Below, one piece after another: positions 1-9,865 of a stretch of 64,000 bases of DNA. A program made the translations under genes and the position numbers. The notes below the pieces were generated by a model. That model worked only from the letters and a program-made list of their open reading frames with translations, was not told where the DNA came from and made no database searches. Every line of letters begins with the position of its first letter. The stretch's first letter is position 1. The stretch covers positions 256,001 to 320,000 of the forward strand of contig JAPLVR010000003.1 of NCBI GenBank assembly GCA_026397015.1, read 5' to 3'. The stretch comes from Candidatus Iainarchaeum sp. Its GTDB lineage: Archaea > Iainarchaeota > Iainarchaeia > Iainarchaeales > JAAZKV01.

Positions 1-971
1 TGTCAAGGTCGTCCGGTTCAACATCAGACCCGTGGGGTTCCTCATCGACACCCCCGGCGGGATACGCTGACGCTGGGTACACTGACAAGGGTGTAAACAC
101 GGGCGCTGCAGTAGGGTTCACAGTTGATGCAGACTGGGAGAATTCTTCAAAAGGAAAAGTTAATTATTATCTTGGTGCAGACGAAACAAACAGCAAGTAC
201 TGGTTGTTCTTAGCCGTACAGGATTTTGGCATGCCCTCAAGCACAATTGGTTTCAACGGGACTTACCTCACAAATTCGGATTTGAGAAACTACTACCTTC
301 CAGACACAACAACATATAATGTTTTGACGGGCGAAGGCTTTGCCAAGGCGCCAAGCGAAGGGGATTCATATTCATTCACGGCAAAATTCAGCCTGACCGA
401 CGAGGGTACCACCTCAATATACACAAATACTTCGACAGGTTATCTCGTTAACAGCACTGATGGAAAATCCAGGCTGTCGGCTGCAACTGCCGAAGTAATT
501 CATCCTGGATTTATTCTTAATGAATACAGCACGGGCGTCACGAGACTCACACAAGGATACACTTATTATGGGACAAAAATTTCTGTTGGCGGCGGGGTTG
601 CACAAATATATGCCCCTTCTTCAAAAAGATACGCGCTGGTAAATATGTACAAAGGCGCCACAAATCTTGGGGATGGAGAGGAAACAATTGCTTATAGCGA
701 CTCTGAATTGACAGAATTCAGCAAAGTACTCGCTACCACCCCGACTTATTCTGAAAACGTTTCGGTTAGCAACACCCCGTTGTTACAGACAATTGCAGAT
801 GGAATTACGCCAGGTGAAGTAGCCCTCTCAATAAACCAACAACAGGCAGTATATAACCTAACATTTATTGCCCCAATTCAATTCAACACATCCACTACAA
901 TAAGCCTGCTGGGAAAGACTTACACCATAATCGAATCTTCTTCAACAAGGATCCTGCTTCAAGAATCTTAA
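1..971 (+). CDS. Secreted/S-layer-like Ser/Thr-rich protein, 5'-partial
   Basis: The frame of ORF 204..971 stays open back to the window start (SRSSGSTSDPWG...). T/S/G/Y-rich, beta-strand-like composition ending LLGKTYTII, resembling archaeal surface proteins. Confidence 0.55.
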   Translation, partial: SRSSGSTSDPWGSSSTPPAGYADAGYTDKGVNTGAAVGFTVDADWENSSKGKVNYYLGADETNSKYWLFLAVQDFGMPSSTIGFNGTYLTNSDLRNYYLPDTTTYNVLTGEGFAKAPSEGDSYSFTAKFSLTDEGTTSIYTNTSTGYLVNSTDGKSRLSAATAEVIHPGFILNEYSTGVTRLTQGYTYYGTKISVGGGVAQIYAPSSKRYALVNMYKGATNLGDGEETIAYSDSELTEFSKVLATTPTYSENVSVSNTPLLQTIADGITPGEVALSINQQQAVYNLTFIAPIQFNTSTTISLLGKTYTIIESSSTRILLQES

Positions 972-1238
972 CCATTAAACCATTGTAGCGGGCGCCATAC
1001 TTTTCTTTTTAAACCTTTCCAAGAGAAAAATAATAGTTTGAGTACACTGTGTCAAAGGAGTTCTGGTGATTCCCCTGGCATAAATGCCAAATAGCTATTT
1101 ATTTGGTAAATTGTGAATTTTGCGCAGGAAAGTTCGGCGCATTTAAAACTCAAAGTGCCCGCATGGGCGGGCAGCGGCAAAAAAAAATTTTGGAACGTAG
1201 AAAAGGAAAAATTTGGTAAATTTTAAGAAGGGAAAAAA

Positions 1239-2300
1239 ATGTCATCATACACACAGCCAAGAAGAGGGTCAATGGCTTTCTACCCGAGGAAGAGGGCGCT
1301 AAAACAAACCCCGAGCATGAGGGCATATGGAAACGATGCGAAAGCACTGAATTTTTTGTGTTACAAAGTCGGGATGGTTCAAGTAATGGGAAAAAATATT
1401 CATCACGGAAGTCCTACTTTTGGGCAGGAAGTGGTAATTCCCGCAACTATAATCGTTTGCCCGCCGATGAAAGTATTTGGGGTAAGGGCGTACACCAAAG
1501 CAGAAATAGGCGTGGAAGTTCTGGGCGACGTGCTTGCCGAAAATACCGACAAAATTCTATTGAGAAAAATTTTGAATTTTAAAAAACCGAAAAAGAAAGA
1601 GGGAAAAGAGGCGGCGGAGAAAGGGGGGAAAGAAAAGGAAGGCAAGGAAAGCAAAGAGAAGGAAAAGAAAAAAGGCAAAGAGGCTCCTTGCACAATTTCT
1701 GATTTCGAAAAAGAACTCAACGACGTTGAATATTTCACGCTGCTTGCGCACACCGCACCGGACAGAGTGGAAATAAAAAAGACGCCCGATATTTGCGAAA
1801 TCTCAATCGGCGGAAAGAAAGAGGGGCAACTTGTCTATGCGAGAGAAAAACTTGGAAAAGAAATAAACATCGAAGAAATTGCGAAAGGCAATGACTTTTT
1901 GGATGTTAAGGCTGTTACGACCGGAAAGGGATTTCAAGGGGTAGTAAAAAGATTCCATGTAAGGATGCAGAGGCCAAAAGCGAAAACCAGAAGAGTGGTC
2001 GGTTCCATCGGACCGTGGCACCCCCATACAGTAATGTTCACCGTTGCAAGGGCGGGGCAGATGGGCTACCAATCAAGAACGGAATACAACAAAAGAGTGC
2101 TGAAAATTTCTGATAAGCCGGAAGAAATTAATTCGAAAAGCGGATTCATTAATTATGGAAACATAATAGGAAAATATGCCATAATACAGGGAACACTGCC
2201 CGGACCGACCAAAAGATGTATCGCAATAAGAAAAAGCACGAGGCCTGAAAGAAAGAAGGGAATAAAGCTTGAAACGGTGAGCAAAGTAATTGTAAATTAA
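1239..2300 (+). CDS. rpl3: 50S ribosomal protein L3 (uL3)
   Basis: PRRGSMAFYPRKRA, YKVGM, TTGKGFQGVVKRF, GSIGPWHP, RAGQMGY motifs; first gene of the S10-like operon. Confidence 0.98.
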   Translation: MSSYTQPRRGSMAFYPRKRALKQTPSMRAYGNDAKALNFLCYKVGMVQVMGKNIHHGSPTFGQEVVIPATIIVCPPMKVFGVRAYTKAEIGVEVLGDVLAENTDKILLRKILNFKKPKKKEGKEAAEKGGKEKEGKESKEKEKKKGKEAPCTISDFEKELNDVEYFTLLAHTAPDRVEIKKTPDICEISIGGKKEGQLVYAREKLGKEINIEEIAKGNDFLDVKAVTTGKGFQGVVKRFHVRMQRPKAKTRRVVGSIGPWHPHTVMFTVARAGQMGYQSRTEYNKRVLKISDKPEEINSKSGFINYGNIIGKYAIIQGTLPGPTKRCIAIRKSTRPERKKGIKLETVSKVIVN

Positions 2301-2372
2301 ATTTGAAAAGAAGGGGAAGCAAAAAAAGAAAAAAAATTGAAAGATTGTTTTTGAAAATAAAAGGTTGTTTTT

Positions 2373-3335
2373 ATGAAAGTGAAAGTTGTGGGAATGGACG
2401 GTTCTTCTAAAGAAACTATGGAGCTGCCTGAAGTTTTCAACAGCGAGTACAGGCCGAGAGTAATACAAAGGGCAGTTCTCGCAATGCAAACCGCAAAAAA
2501 ACAGCCGAAGGGAGCTGACACGAGAGCGGGAAAAAAGAACACCGCGACCTATGTCGGTACGAGAGGACCGCCCGCAGAACGCAGAACAATAAACGTAGAG
2601 CACGCGAGATTGCCGAGGCTCAAAAACAAGCGCGCTTTGCTTTACGGAAGAGTTGCAAGAGTCCCGCACTCCGTCGGGGGAATGGCTGCGCACCCGCCAA
2701 AATCCTGGAAAATTTATGTTGAAAAAATAAATAAGCGCGAAAGAAAAGAAGCCCTCAAGAGCGCAATTGCGGCAACGGGAAATAAGGAACTGGTCGCAAA
2801 AAGATTTATTTTTGATTGCGAACTGCCGCTGATAATTGAAGGAAAATTTGAAAAGGTTCCAAAAACAAAAGAAGTTGTCGCAGTCCTGGAAAAAGCCGGC
2901 GTGGGAAAGGATTTGGAAAATGCGAGGGAAAAAACTGGAAAGAGGGCCGGAAAGGGAAAAACCAGGGGAAGAAAATTAAAGGTGAAAAAAAGCGTTCTTA
3001 TTGTGACGGCACAGAATGAAAAAGTTTTGAAGGCTGCGAGGAATTTAATCGGGGTTGACGCGGTAACGGTAAATTCCCTTAATGTGGAGTTGCTCGCGCC
3101 GGGCGGAGAAGCCGGAAGACTTGTTGTGTGGACAAAGGACGCAATCATTGCGCTTGGAAAAAAAAATGAAAAGGGGATTCACGCGGAAAAGGGCGAAAAT
3201 AAAAAAAGCGCGGAAGTAAGCGCGAAGAAAAACAAAATTGACCCGAGAAAAAAAAACAGGCTTTTGAGGAAAAAAAGGGATGCGAAAAAGAAGGGCGCGG
3301 CGAAGGGCAGAAAAGAAAATGAAAGGGGCGAATAA
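2373..3335 (+). CDS. rpl4: 50S ribosomal protein L4 (uL4)
   Basis: ELPEVF..EYRP, GGMAAHPPK, RAGKGKTRGR, LLAPGGEAGRLVVWT; Lys-rich C-terminal extension. Confidence 0.97.
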   Translation: MKVKVVGMDGSSKETMELPEVFNSEYRPRVIQRAVLAMQTAKKQPKGADTRAGKKNTATYVGTRGPPAERRTINVEHARLPRLKNKRALLYGRVARVPHSVGGMAAHPPKSWKIYVEKINKRERKEALKSAIAATGNKELVAKRFIFDCELPLIIEGKFEKVPKTKEVVAVLEKAGVGKDLENAREKTGKRAGKGKTRGRKLKVKKSVLIVTAQNEKVLKAARNLIGVDAVTVNSLNVELLAPGGEAGRLVVWTKDAIIALGKKNEKGIHAEKGENKKSAEVSAKKNKIDPRKKNRLLRKKRDAKKKGAAKGRKENERGE

Positions 3336-3337
3336 AG

Positions 3338-3745
3338 ATGGTAAAACTGAAAGCCGAGGAAATTAGGCAGGCAAAGGCTGAAAAAGAAGCAAAAAAGAAA
3401 GCTGAGGAGAACAGGGCGCCGGCAAAGGTTGCTGTAAAAAAAGAAGGGGGAAAAGGAGAAGGAAAAATAAAGATTGCGGAAACGGAAGAAAGTTTTAATG
3501 TGGTTTATTACCCGCTGGTTACCGAAAAGGCGGTGAACATGATCGAATCGGAAAACAAACTGACATTTATCGTGAGCAATCATGCAGGGAAGAAACAAAT
3601 AAAAGAGGTAATTGAAAAGGCATATTCAGTAAAGGTAAGGGGAGTAAACGTTGTAAGGGACAGAAAAGGAAGAAAAAAAGCGATTGTCAGGCTCGCTCCG
3701 GAATTTAAGGCGCAGGAGCTCGCCACAAAACTGGGAGTGCTGTAA
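3338..3745 (+). CDS. rpl23: 50S ribosomal protein L23 (uL23)
   Basis: YPLVTEKA..IESENKLTFIV, KKAIVRL, LATKLGVL. Confidence 0.97.
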   Translation: MVKLKAEEIRQAKAEKEAKKKAEENRAPAKVAVKKEGGKGEGKIKIAETEESFNVVYYPLVTEKAVNMIESENKLTFIVSNHAGKKQIKEVIEKAYSVKVRGVNVVRDRKGRKKAIVRLAPEFKAQELATKLGVL

Positions 3746-3787
3746 AATTTTTTAATTTTGATTTGTAAAATTTTTGGTTGATGAAAA

Positions 3788-4501
3788 ATGGGAAAAAGAT
3801 TGATATCGCAGAGAAGGGGAAGAGGGACACTCACGTTCATAGCAAAGCTCAAGGGATATGAGGCAAAGTACATTAACCAGAATGGAAACGAATTGATAAA
3901 AGGGGAGATAACGGATTTGATAAAGGAGAATGGCAGAAATTCATTGCTTGCGGAAATTACATTCAATGACGGCCAAAGTGAAATAATAATCGCGGCCGAA
4001 GGGATAACGATTGGAAAGAAAATGGAACAGGGAAAAGGCGCGGCAATCGAGATAGGAAATGTCGCATTTTTACAGGACATACCCGAAGGGTGCCCGATTT
4101 TTGGCATTGAAAGGGTTCCGGGGGATGGTGGCACAATGATAAAGAGCGCCGGAAGCTACGCTTTGCTTATAGCGAAAGACAGCAAGAAGGCAATAATAAA
4201 GATGCCTTCAAACAAGATGGTAACGCTGCTGTTGAATTCAAGGGCAACTATAGGAAATATTTCCTGCGGCGGAAGGGGCGAAAAACCGTTTGTCAAAGCC
4301 GGAAACAAATTCCACGCGATGAAGGCAAAAAGAAAGATATATCCTTGGGTAAGGGGAGTCGCGATGAATGCAGTTGACCACCCATTCGGCGGAAGCCAGC
4401 ACCACCCGGGAAAATCAAAGAGCACTTCAAGAAATGCGCCGCCAGGAAGAAAGGTTGGTGCGATTGCTTCGACAAGAACGGGAAGGAGGAAGAAGAATTA
4501 A
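3788..4501 (+). CDS. rpl2: 50S ribosomal protein L2 (uL2)
   Basis: MGKRLISQRRGRG, VRGVAMNAVDHPFGG, PPGRKVG. Confidence 0.98.
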   Translation: MGKRLISQRRGRGTLTFIAKLKGYEAKYINQNGNELIKGEITDLIKENGRNSLLAEITFNDGQSEIIIAAEGITIGKKMEQGKGAAIEIGNVAFLQDIPEGCPIFGIERVPGDGGTMIKSAGSYALLIAKDSKKAIIKMPSNKMVTLLLNSRATIGNISCGGRGEKPFVKAGNKFHAMKAKRKIYPWVRGVAMNAVDHPFGGSQHHPGKSKSTSRNAPPGRKVGAIASTRTGRRKKN

Positions 4502-4547
4502 GGGCGCACGGCGAAAAGGCGCTTATTAAAATCAAAAAGGTGTTTTT

Positions 4548-4940
4548 ATGGCTAAAAAAGAATTTACTTTCAGGGGAAAAAATATTCAGGAATTAAAGGC
4601 GATGAGCGTAGAGCAGTTCGCGGAGCTATGCAACTCAAGGGCGAAAAGGAATTTGAAAAAGGGAATTGACAAAAAGTTCATGAAAAAAATAGAACGCGCA
4701 AGCAGGGATTCCAAAGCAAAGCCCGTAAAGACACATTTGAGGGACTTGATAATAGTGCCTGCAATGATTGGAGTAAAGATTGCGGTTCACAGGGGAAACA
4801 CTTTTGAAACAGTGGATGTTAACGAAAAAATGCTCGGGCATTATATCGGGGAATTCGCACTCACAAGAAAAAGATTGAGTCACGGAAAAGCAGGAATCGG
4901 AGCGACAAAAAGTTCGACCGCGATAACTGCAAGAGGATAA
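4548..4940 (+). CDS. rps19: 30S ribosomal protein S19 (uS19)
   Basis: EFTFRGK, KTHLRD, MLGHYIGEFALTRK, GIGATKSS. Confidence 0.97.
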   Translation: MAKKEFTFRGKNIQELKAMSVEQFAELCNSRAKRNLKKGIDKKFMKKIERASRDSKAKPVKTHLRDLIIVPAMIGVKIAVHRGNTFETVDVNEKMLGHYIGEFALTRKRLSHGKAGIGATKSSTAITARG

Positions 4941-5050
4941 AAAAGATTTAAAAAATGGAAAGGGAAAAAAGAATTAAAAAAAATCAAAAAAAATAAAACA
5001 AAAAAACTAAAAAAATAAAGCCAAAAAAAATGGAAAAAAGAGGTGAAAAA

Positions 5051-5524
5051 ATGGTGAAAAAAAATTATCAGGCGCTGCCGGGAAAGCAAAGCAAGACCGC
5101 AAAAGCCCTGATAACGAATGCACCGGTTTCACTCAAGTATTCCACTGAAATATGCAATCAAATCAGGGGAAAACCCGTTGAAAAAATGATTGAATGGATG
5201 AAAAGAATAATTTTACATGAGGACCATTTGCCGCTCAGGATGTACCACAAAAAGGTCGGGCACAGAAAAGGCACTGCAAAACAGGGAGTAAAAGCCGGAA
5301 GGTATCCTGAAAGAAACGCCGCAAAATTCATAGAACTTCTGGAGCTGGCAAAATCAAACGCCGACTTCAAGGGGCTTGATACAGAAAAACTAATAGTGCT
5401 TACCGCATTCGCATCGCAGGGAGTGAAAAAATACGGCCACCAGAGCAAGGGAAGAATCAGCGGAAAGGTTCATTTGAGAAAATCCACAAATATCGAAGTG
5501 ATTGTTATGGAAGTGAAAGCATGA
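5051..5524 (+). CDS. rpl22: 50S ribosomal protein L22 (uL22)
   Basis: VSLKYSTEICNQIRG, KVGHRKG, GRYP, NADFKGLD; ATG after a GAGGTG Shine-Dalgarno. Confidence 0.96.
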   Translation: MVKKNYQALPGKQSKTAKALITNAPVSLKYSTEICNQIRGKPVEKMIEWMKRIILHEDHLPLRMYHKKVGHRKGTAKQGVKAGRYPERNAAKFIELLELAKSNADFKGLDTEKLIVLTAFASQGVKKYGHQSKGRISGKVHLRKSTNIEVIVMEVKA

Positions 5525-6426
5525 TAGAAAGATTTTTCATCCAGCAGAATATAAAAAAAATGGAGCTTGAAGAGTATATCGGCAAAAAACTTGACAGGGC
5601 CGGTTTCACGCACATAGACATAGTTAAGACGCCGCTGATTACAAGAATTGTGCTTCACGTCGCAAAGCCCGGGCTGGCAATCGGAAAGGGCGGGCAGACA
5701 ATAAAACAGCTTACAACATTAATAGCTGAAAAGTACGGAATTGACAATCCACAAATCGAAATACAAGAAATAAAAAATCCGAACATGAATGCGAAGGTTA
5801 TTGCCGACAGAATGGCATCGCTGATACAAAAAGGATTTTCCTGGAGAAGCGTTGTTTTCAGAAGCGTTAGGGACATAATGACGGCGGGGGCGCAGGGAGT
5901 TGAATTGCAGGTGAAGGGAAAGCTCTCCGGAAAAGGCGGAAGGAAAAGAAAGCAGAGAATCGCATTCGGGTACATGAAAAAAGTCGGCGACCAAACGAAA
6001 TATGTTGATTACGCAAAAACCGCGGCCTATCCAAAAGCAGGTGCAATCGGAATAAAGCTTAGAATAATACATCCGGAAGCGGTGTTTCCGGACAAAGTGG
6101 ATGTTTTAAAAGTCGTTGAAAGCGTAAAGAAGGCTGGGGCGGCAAGCGCTTCGGTAGTGGCACACGCACCGGCGGCAGAAGCGGAGATAACAGAAAAACA
6201 AAATGTCGAGGAAACAAAGCCCGAAGAATCAATTGCCGGGAAAATAGAGGAAATTTTTGAAAAGAAAAAAGAAGAGCACAAAAGCGAGAATGCCAAAACA
6301 AAGGAGGCGCAAATAGAAAAAGCAAAAGAAAAGCCAGAGGAAAAAAGCTCAAAACCGAAAGAAATTCAACTCCAAAAGGCGGCTGAAAAAAAGGAAAGAA
6401 GGAAAAGAAAAGTTGAAATGAAATAA
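5521..6426 (+). CDS. rps3: 30S ribosomal protein S3 (uS3)
   Basis: IERFFI, KH-domain PGLAIGKGG, AGAQGVE..GKL; about 100-aa E/K-rich C-terminal tail. Confidence 0.97.
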   Translation: MIERFFIQQNIKKMELEEYIGKKLDRAGFTHIDIVKTPLITRIVLHVAKPGLAIGKGGQTIKQLTTLIAEKYGIDNPQIEIQEIKNPNMNAKVIADRMASLIQKGFSWRSVVFRSVRDIMTAGAQGVELQVKGKLSGKGGRKRKQRIAFGYMKKVGDQTKYVDYAKTAAYPKAGAIGIKLRIIHPEAVFPDKVDVLKVVESVKKAGAASASVVAHAPAAEAEITEKQNVEETKPEESIAGKIEEIFEKKKEEHKSENAKTKEAQIEKAKEKPEEKSSKPKEIQLQKAAEKKERRKRKVEMK

Positions 6427-6502
6427 AAAATGAAAATTAATTGAAAAAATAGGATGAAAACAAAAAATGGGAAATAAAAAAAAATGAAAAGTGATTGTTA
6501 TG
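6420..6502 (+). repeat. 83-bp A-rich intergenic direct repeat, copy 1 (upstream of rpl29)
   Basis: Matches 16503..16584 except for one A-run indel and one substitution. Confidence 0.9.
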
Positions 6503-6727
6503 AAGTACAAGGAAATTGAACAAATGGGCGTCGTGGAAATCAGGGAAAAAATAATCGAGAACAGGCAGGCGCTGGCGAAAGAAAGGGCGACAATCGCATC
6601 AGGAGTTAGAAGCGAAAATCCAGGAAAAATAAGAAAGCTTAGGAGAGAGGTTGCGAAGATGCTTACCGCGTTAAATGTTAAAATGAAAAGCAAAACGGAG
6701 GAGAAGAAAAAGAATGCAGGAAATTGA
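6500..6727 (+). CDS. rpl29: 50S ribosomal protein L29 (uL29)
   Basis: ENPGKIRKLRREVAKMLT; operon position. Confidence 0.95.
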   Translation: MKYKEIEQMGVVEIREKIIENRQALAKERATIASGVRSENPGKIRKLRREVAKMLTALNVKMKSKTEEKKKNAGN

Positions 6728-7016
6728 CAAGATCAGCGGGCTTCCCAAAGACCTTTTTGACATAAATAAAATCACAAAGGAACAGCAGAAAATAAAAATT
6801 ATTGTTATAAAAAGGAAGTTCTCGAAAGTTGTAACAATAGTTTCTGGTTTCGAAGACCAGGAAACTGCAAAGGAAATGGGAAAGGAGATGAAAAGAAAGT
6901 TTGCATGCGGAGGAACAACAAAAGGAACGGAAATAGAGCTGCAGGGAGACCACAAAAGAAAAGCAAAAGATTTCCTTTTATCAAAGGGTTATAATGAAGA
7001 ATTAATTGATGCGTGA
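6714..7016 (+). CDS. sui1: Translation initiation factor aIF1 (SUI1/YciH)
   Basis: GLPKDL, KRKFACGGT, IELQGDH. Confidence 0.96.
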   Translation: MQEIDKISGLPKDLFDINKITKEQQKIKIIVIKRKFSKVVTIVSGFEDQETAKEMGKEMKRKFACGGTTKGTEIELQGDHKRKAKDFLLSKGYNEELIDA

Positions 7017-7336
7017 TAAAAATGAAAAAAGAAACGGAAAAAATTGATGCAGGGGCAAAGTACTGCGTAACAAAGGAAAACGCCGCTTTTCACGAGCTAA
7101 TAGGGCTCGGTGTCAAGGTTGTGGGTGGAAATTGCCAAGAAAGAAATCAGTTGAAAGGCAGGATAATGGATGAAACTAAAAACACCTTTGTAATAGAAAC
7201 GAAAAAAGGAGAAAACGTTGTTCCAAAATGTGAATGTATTTTTGAATTTGAGCTTGGAAAAAACGGAAGCGTTGTCATTGAGGGAAAGAAAATTTTGAAA
7301 AAACCTGAAGACAGGGTAAAAGAGTGGAGGAATTAA
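7013..7336 (+). CDS. rnp1: RNase P protein subunit Rpp29/Pop4
   Basis: HELIGL.V.V, G.I.DETKNT, KKPEDRVK; conserved position between SUI1 and S17. Confidence 0.94.
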   Translation: MIKMKKETEKIDAGAKYCVTKENAAFHELIGLGVKVVGGNCQERNQLKGRIMDETKNTFVIETKKGENVVPKCECIFEFELGKNGSVVIEGKKILKKPEDRVKEWRN

Positions 7337-7337
7337 A

Positions 7338-7682
7338 ATGGCTGCTGCAAAAAAAATGGAAACGGAAAAAGTTGCAGGCAAAGGTGCCGGCGCCGGGGGA
7401 TCCTTCGCGGTTGTCGACGGCAAAAAAATTTATCCGGTAAGAGGAAACATATTCGAGGGAAAAGTCGTTTCAGCCAAGGCAAACAAAACCGTTGCGGTTG
7501 AAAGAGAGTTGACACACTATGTGAGGAAGTACGAAAGGTACAAGAAAATAAAATCAAAGATAAGCGCGCACAATCCCGGCAACAGGGCAAAGGAAGGAGA
7601 CACTGTAAGAATCGGGGAGACGAGAAAGATTTCAAAAACGAAATCATTTGTTGTGATGGAAATTTTAGGTGAAAAGAAATGA
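7338..7682 (+). CDS. rps17: 30S ribosomal protein S17 (uS17)
   Basis: VRGNIFEGKVVS, KYERY, AHNP, IGETRKISKTKSFVV. Confidence 0.97.
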   Translation: MAAAKKMETEKVAGKGAGAGGSFAVVDGKKIYPVRGNIFEGKVVSAKANKTVAVERELTHYVRKYERYKKIKSKISAHNPGNRAKEGDTVRIGETRKISKTKSFVVMEILGEKK

Positions 7683-8077
7683 AAGCAATGAGCATCAAGA
7701 ACAATAAGGCGCTCACATTGAAGAGCCACGTGCTTTGTGCGGACAACAGCGGAGCAAAGGAGGTTTACATAATTTCTGTTTTCACCTACAAGACCAGAAA
7801 AAAAGGAAACCCGAAAGCCGGAATCGGCTCTTTGGTTAATGTAGTGGTAAAAAAAGGGAAGCCCGAAATGAGGGGAAAAATTGAAAGGGCGGTTGTTATA
7901 AGGACGAAACAGGAATACAGGCGGCCGAGTGGAATGAGGGTTAAGTTTGATGATAACGCGGTAGTGCTGGTTGATGAAGAAGGGCTGCCGAAAGCGTCCG
8001 AAATAAAGGGCTGCGTTGCAAGGGAAGTCGGGGAAAGGTTTCCGAAGATAGCGGGCCTGGCGCCGACAGTTGTTTGA
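7679..8077 (+). CDS. rpl14: 50S ribosomal protein L14 (uL14)
   Basis: CADNSGAK, VKKGKPEMR, RRPSGMRVKFDDNA. Confidence 0.98.
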   Translation: MKAMSIKNNKALTLKSHVLCADNSGAKEVYIISVFTYKTRKKGNPKAGIGSLVNVVVKKGKPEMRGKIERAVVIRTKQEYRRPSGMRVKFDDNAVVLVDEEGLPKASEIKGCVAREVGERFPKIAGLAPTVV

Positions 8078-8100
8078 GGAACAAAAAAAGGTGGACAAAG

Positions 8101-8457
8101 ATGGCAAGCAAACCAAGAAAAGTGAGAAAGGGATTTTACAACATGAAAGCGCACAAGCGCGCAAAAAAAATTGCGGCGCACCTTAGCGAGAAGCTGGCAA
8201 AAGAACACAACAAAAGGGCATTGTCCATAAGAAAGGGGGATATTGTAAAAGTTATGCGCGGTAATTTTAAGGGCAAAGAGGGGAAGGTAAGCGGAATTGA
8301 CAGGGCAAAGCTGAAAATTTTTGTCGACAAGGTTATGAGAAAAAAAAGTGATGGAACGGAAATGAAAGTCGCGATTGACCCTTCAAAAGTAGTTTTGATT
8401 GAGCTTGAAAAAAGCGACAAAAAAAGAACAAAACCTAGGAAAGGTGAAAAAAAATGA
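8101..8457 (+). CDS. rpl24: 50S ribosomal protein L24 (uL24)
   Basis: SKPRKVRK, KOW motif IRKGDIVKVMRG.FKG.EGKV. Confidence 0.97.
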   Translation: MASKPRKVRKGFYNMKAHKRAKKIAAHLSEKLAKEHNKRALSIRKGDIVKVMRGNFKGKEGKVSGIDRAKLKIFVDKVMRKKSDGTEMKVAIDPSKVVLIELEKSDKKRTKPRKGEKK

Positions 8458-9170
8458 GCACCAAAGGGGAAAGCAAATCATGCAAGGCAAGAAGCGCGCC
8501 GAAAGCTGTTCATATACCAAGAAAGGAAATGGTTTGGACGGTAAGGGCGAAGGCTGGGCCGCACAAACGCGAGATGGCTGTTCCGCTAGGAATAATTTTA
8601 AGGGATTCGATTAAAATAGGGAGAACCATGAAAGAGGCGAAAAAAATAGCCAATGCCGGACTGGTAAAGGTAAATGGGATGGCAAGAAGGGACTGCCAGT
8701 TCGCCGTGGGAATTTTTGACACTGTTGTAATTGAGGCGCAAAAATTGTTTTACAGAATAATTATCGACAAACAGGGAAGGCTTGTAATAAAAGAAATGAA
8801 AAAACCAAGCAATGAAAAACTGTGCAGAGTAGAGGGGAAGAAGAACACAAAAGAAGGAATTGTAATAAGAACAAATGACGGAAGAACCTTGAAAGGGGTC
8901 AAGGCAAGCGTCGGAGATACAATAAAAATTTTGGTGCCGGAAAACAAAGTGGAAAAAATATTTGAACTCAAAGAAGGCGCGTTGGCTTATCTCATCAACG
9001 GGACGCATGCGGGCGAAACGGCAAAAATAAGGAAAATAGTTTCCGGAACGGTAACGAGAAAAAAACTTGTAAAATTAGAGGCGAATGGAAAAGAATTCGA
9101 GACAACCATCGAAAAAGTTTTTGTAATAGGAGACAAGGAAGCTGGATTAGAGGAATTGGGGCGGATTTAA
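8454..9170 (+). CDS. rps4e: 30S ribosomal protein S4e
   Basis: IPRK, GPH, PL.IILRD, VKVNG, DGR, G.HAGE. Confidence 0.96.
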   Translation: MSTKGESKSCKARSAPKAVHIPRKEMVWTVRAKAGPHKREMAVPLGIILRDSIKIGRTMKEAKKIANAGLVKVNGMARRDCQFAVGIFDTVVIEAQKLFYRIIIDKQGRLVIKEMKKPSNEKLCRVEGKKNTKEGIVIRTNDGRTLKGVKASVGDTIKILVPENKVEKIFELKEGALAYLINGTHAGETAKIRKIVSGTVTRKKLVKLEANGKEFETTIEKVFVIGDKEAGLEELGRI

Positions 9171-9194
9171 GAGAGTTAAATGGCGGGGTGAAGC

Positions 9195-9698
9195 TTGATG
9201 AATATGAGAGAAATATTGATTGACAAGGTAGTAGTCAATATGGGCGTTGGCGGAGACCCTGAAGAGATGGCGAAGGCGCAGAAAATAATCGAGCTGATAA
9301 CAAAAAGGAAAGCGGTGAAAACAAAAGCGAAGGTGAGGGCTCCGGAGTGGGGACTGAGGCTTGGATTGCCGATAGGACTGAAGGTTACTCTCCGCGGTGA
9401 TGCTGCGCGAAAATTTTTGGATGATGCATTTACGGCAAAGGATAAAAAAATAAATGCGAGTAGCTTTGACGGGCGCGGCAATTTCGGTTTCGGAATCGGG
9501 GAATACATTGATTTGCCGAACGCGAAGTACGACCCGAAAGTCGGAATAAGAGGCTTTGATGTTTTGGTTTCGCTGAAAAGAAGGGGATACAGGGTAAAAT
9601 TGAGAAAAATAAGGCCGGCGCACGTCGGAAAAAACGGCCTTATATCGAGCGAAGAGGCGATTGAGTTTGTGAAAGCTATGGGGGTCGAGGTCAAATGA
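9195..9698 (+). CDS. rpl5: 50S ribosomal protein L5 (uL5)
   Basis: KVVVNMGVG, PIGLKVTLRG, FDGRGNFGFGI.EYID, YDPKVGI. Confidence 0.97.
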   Translation: MMNMREILIDKVVVNMGVGGDPEEMAKAQKIIELITKRKAVKTKAKVRAPEWGLRLGLPIGLKVTLRGDAARKFLDDAFTAKDKKINASSFDGRGNFGFGIGEYIDLPNAKYDPKVGIRGFDVLVSLKRRGYRVKLRKIRPAHVGKNGLISSEEAIEFVKAMGVEVK

Positions 9699-9856
9699 GT
9701 TACCCAAAAGCAAAAAATGAAAAAATGAAAAAAAGAGACAGGGTTTGCAAAATGTGCGGAACGAGAAAAGGGCTTGTCAGAAAATACAAGATAGGAATTT
9801 GCAGAAGATGCTTCAAAGACAACGCAGAAAAGTTAGGTTTTAAAAAATACGATTAA
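9695..9856 (+). CDS. rps14: 30S ribosomal protein S14 (uS14, Zn-binding); absent from the ORF track
   Basis: Manual translation, 53 aa: MSYPKAK...CKMCGTRKGLVRKYKIGICRRCFKDNAEKLGFKKYD; ATGA overlap with rpl5. Confidence 0.96.
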   Translation: MSYPKAKNEKMKKRDRVCKMCGTRKGLVRKYKIGICRRCFKDNAEKLGFKKYD

Positions 9857-9865
9857 GGTGAAAAA

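Noticed and set aside
1123-1141. AGGAAAGTTC resembling the RNase P RNA CR-I motif
   Set aside because: No complementary CR-V/P4 partner is visible and the region is too short.
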